NCBI RefSeq assembly: GCF_030144855.1 | Contig: NC_082722.1 | Coordinates: forward strand, 35,898,001 to 35,962,000 | Reading direction: 5' to 3' | From: Hypanus sabinus | Taxonomy: Eukaryota | Length of the DNA: 64,000 nucleotides | Shown: piece by piece, positions 63,495 to 64,000 of the stretch | Layout of the letters: the number at the start of each line of letters is the position of its first letter | Numbering within the stretch: the first letter of the stretch is position 1 | Position numbers and translations under genes: made by a program | The notes under the pieces: model-generated | Seen by the model: only the letters and a program-made list of their open reading frames with translations | Database searches by the model: none | What the model was told of the DNA's origin: nothing

Positions 63495-64000
63495 GTAGTG
63501 GGGATCAACTCCCACTACTTATTAAATGCTCCCAAAGGCATGCATCTCAAATTGCCTCTGACAACCAAATCCAGCTCCTGATCTTCACGTGTGACTGAGC
63601 TCCTAAGCCCGGCAGAACCATTTCTACTGACACAAGCAGCAAAGGCTGGCTACTGCCATCTTAAAACTGGTCTCTCTGAGCAGATGGGGCAATGGCTGAC
63701 CACTCATCTAATCTCTGATTTCAGACCTCTGCTGCCTTGTGACTATACCCACTCATGGGGAAGGCTTCTGGAGTAAACCTTGAGGAAAAATCCAGAGCTG
63801 GAGTCCCTAAGGCAGTCCTACGTTAAGTTCATCACTGACTGGCAACTCCTGCAATGCCACTGTTGGCAAACTGTATTGGTCTCTGCCATTCCTTTAGATT
63901 CATCAGCTGTACAAGGGGGAACCTGCTGCAAGGGCAATAGCTTACCCTCCATAATGTACTGGCTTGGCTTGCATGTCCATTAACAATGTAGACAGCTAGG
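63495..64000 (+). mobile_element. Unclassified interspersed repeat (same family as 9955-10795), cut by the window end
   Basis: collinear similarity; carries the empty site ccctaaggcagtcctacg. Confidence 0.7.

Overview
This is eukaryotic genomic DNA, most likely from a cartilaginous fish and probably a ray. The species call is inferred from the repeat families (HE1-type V-SINEs, Deu-domain SINEs, CR1, Rex1-type LINEs, Penelope-like elements). The whole window lies inside one minus-strand gene, chd9 (chromodomain-helicase-DNA-binding protein 9). I traced 23 consecutive GT-AG coding exons from 62679 down to 494 (3495 nt, about 1164 codons, all splice phases compatible). They encode the basic pre-chromodomain region, tandem chromodomains, both SNF2 ATPase lobes and the SANT/SLIDE-like region; both gene ends lie outside the window. 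The introns are full of decayed and nested transposons. Best second-look items: (1) Penelope-like repeats carrying minimal hammerhead-ribozyme motifs, inserted as TSD-flanked fold-back units; (2) a 66-bp in-frame tandem duplication inside a chd9 exon; (3) a Rex1-type LINE with twin-priming inversion geometry; (4) a LINE inserted about 10 nt from a splice acceptor; (5) a speculative poison-exon candidate. I found no wholly new system I could support; these are mostly known mechanisms in an unannotated context. Family names come from recalled consensus sequences, not database searches.
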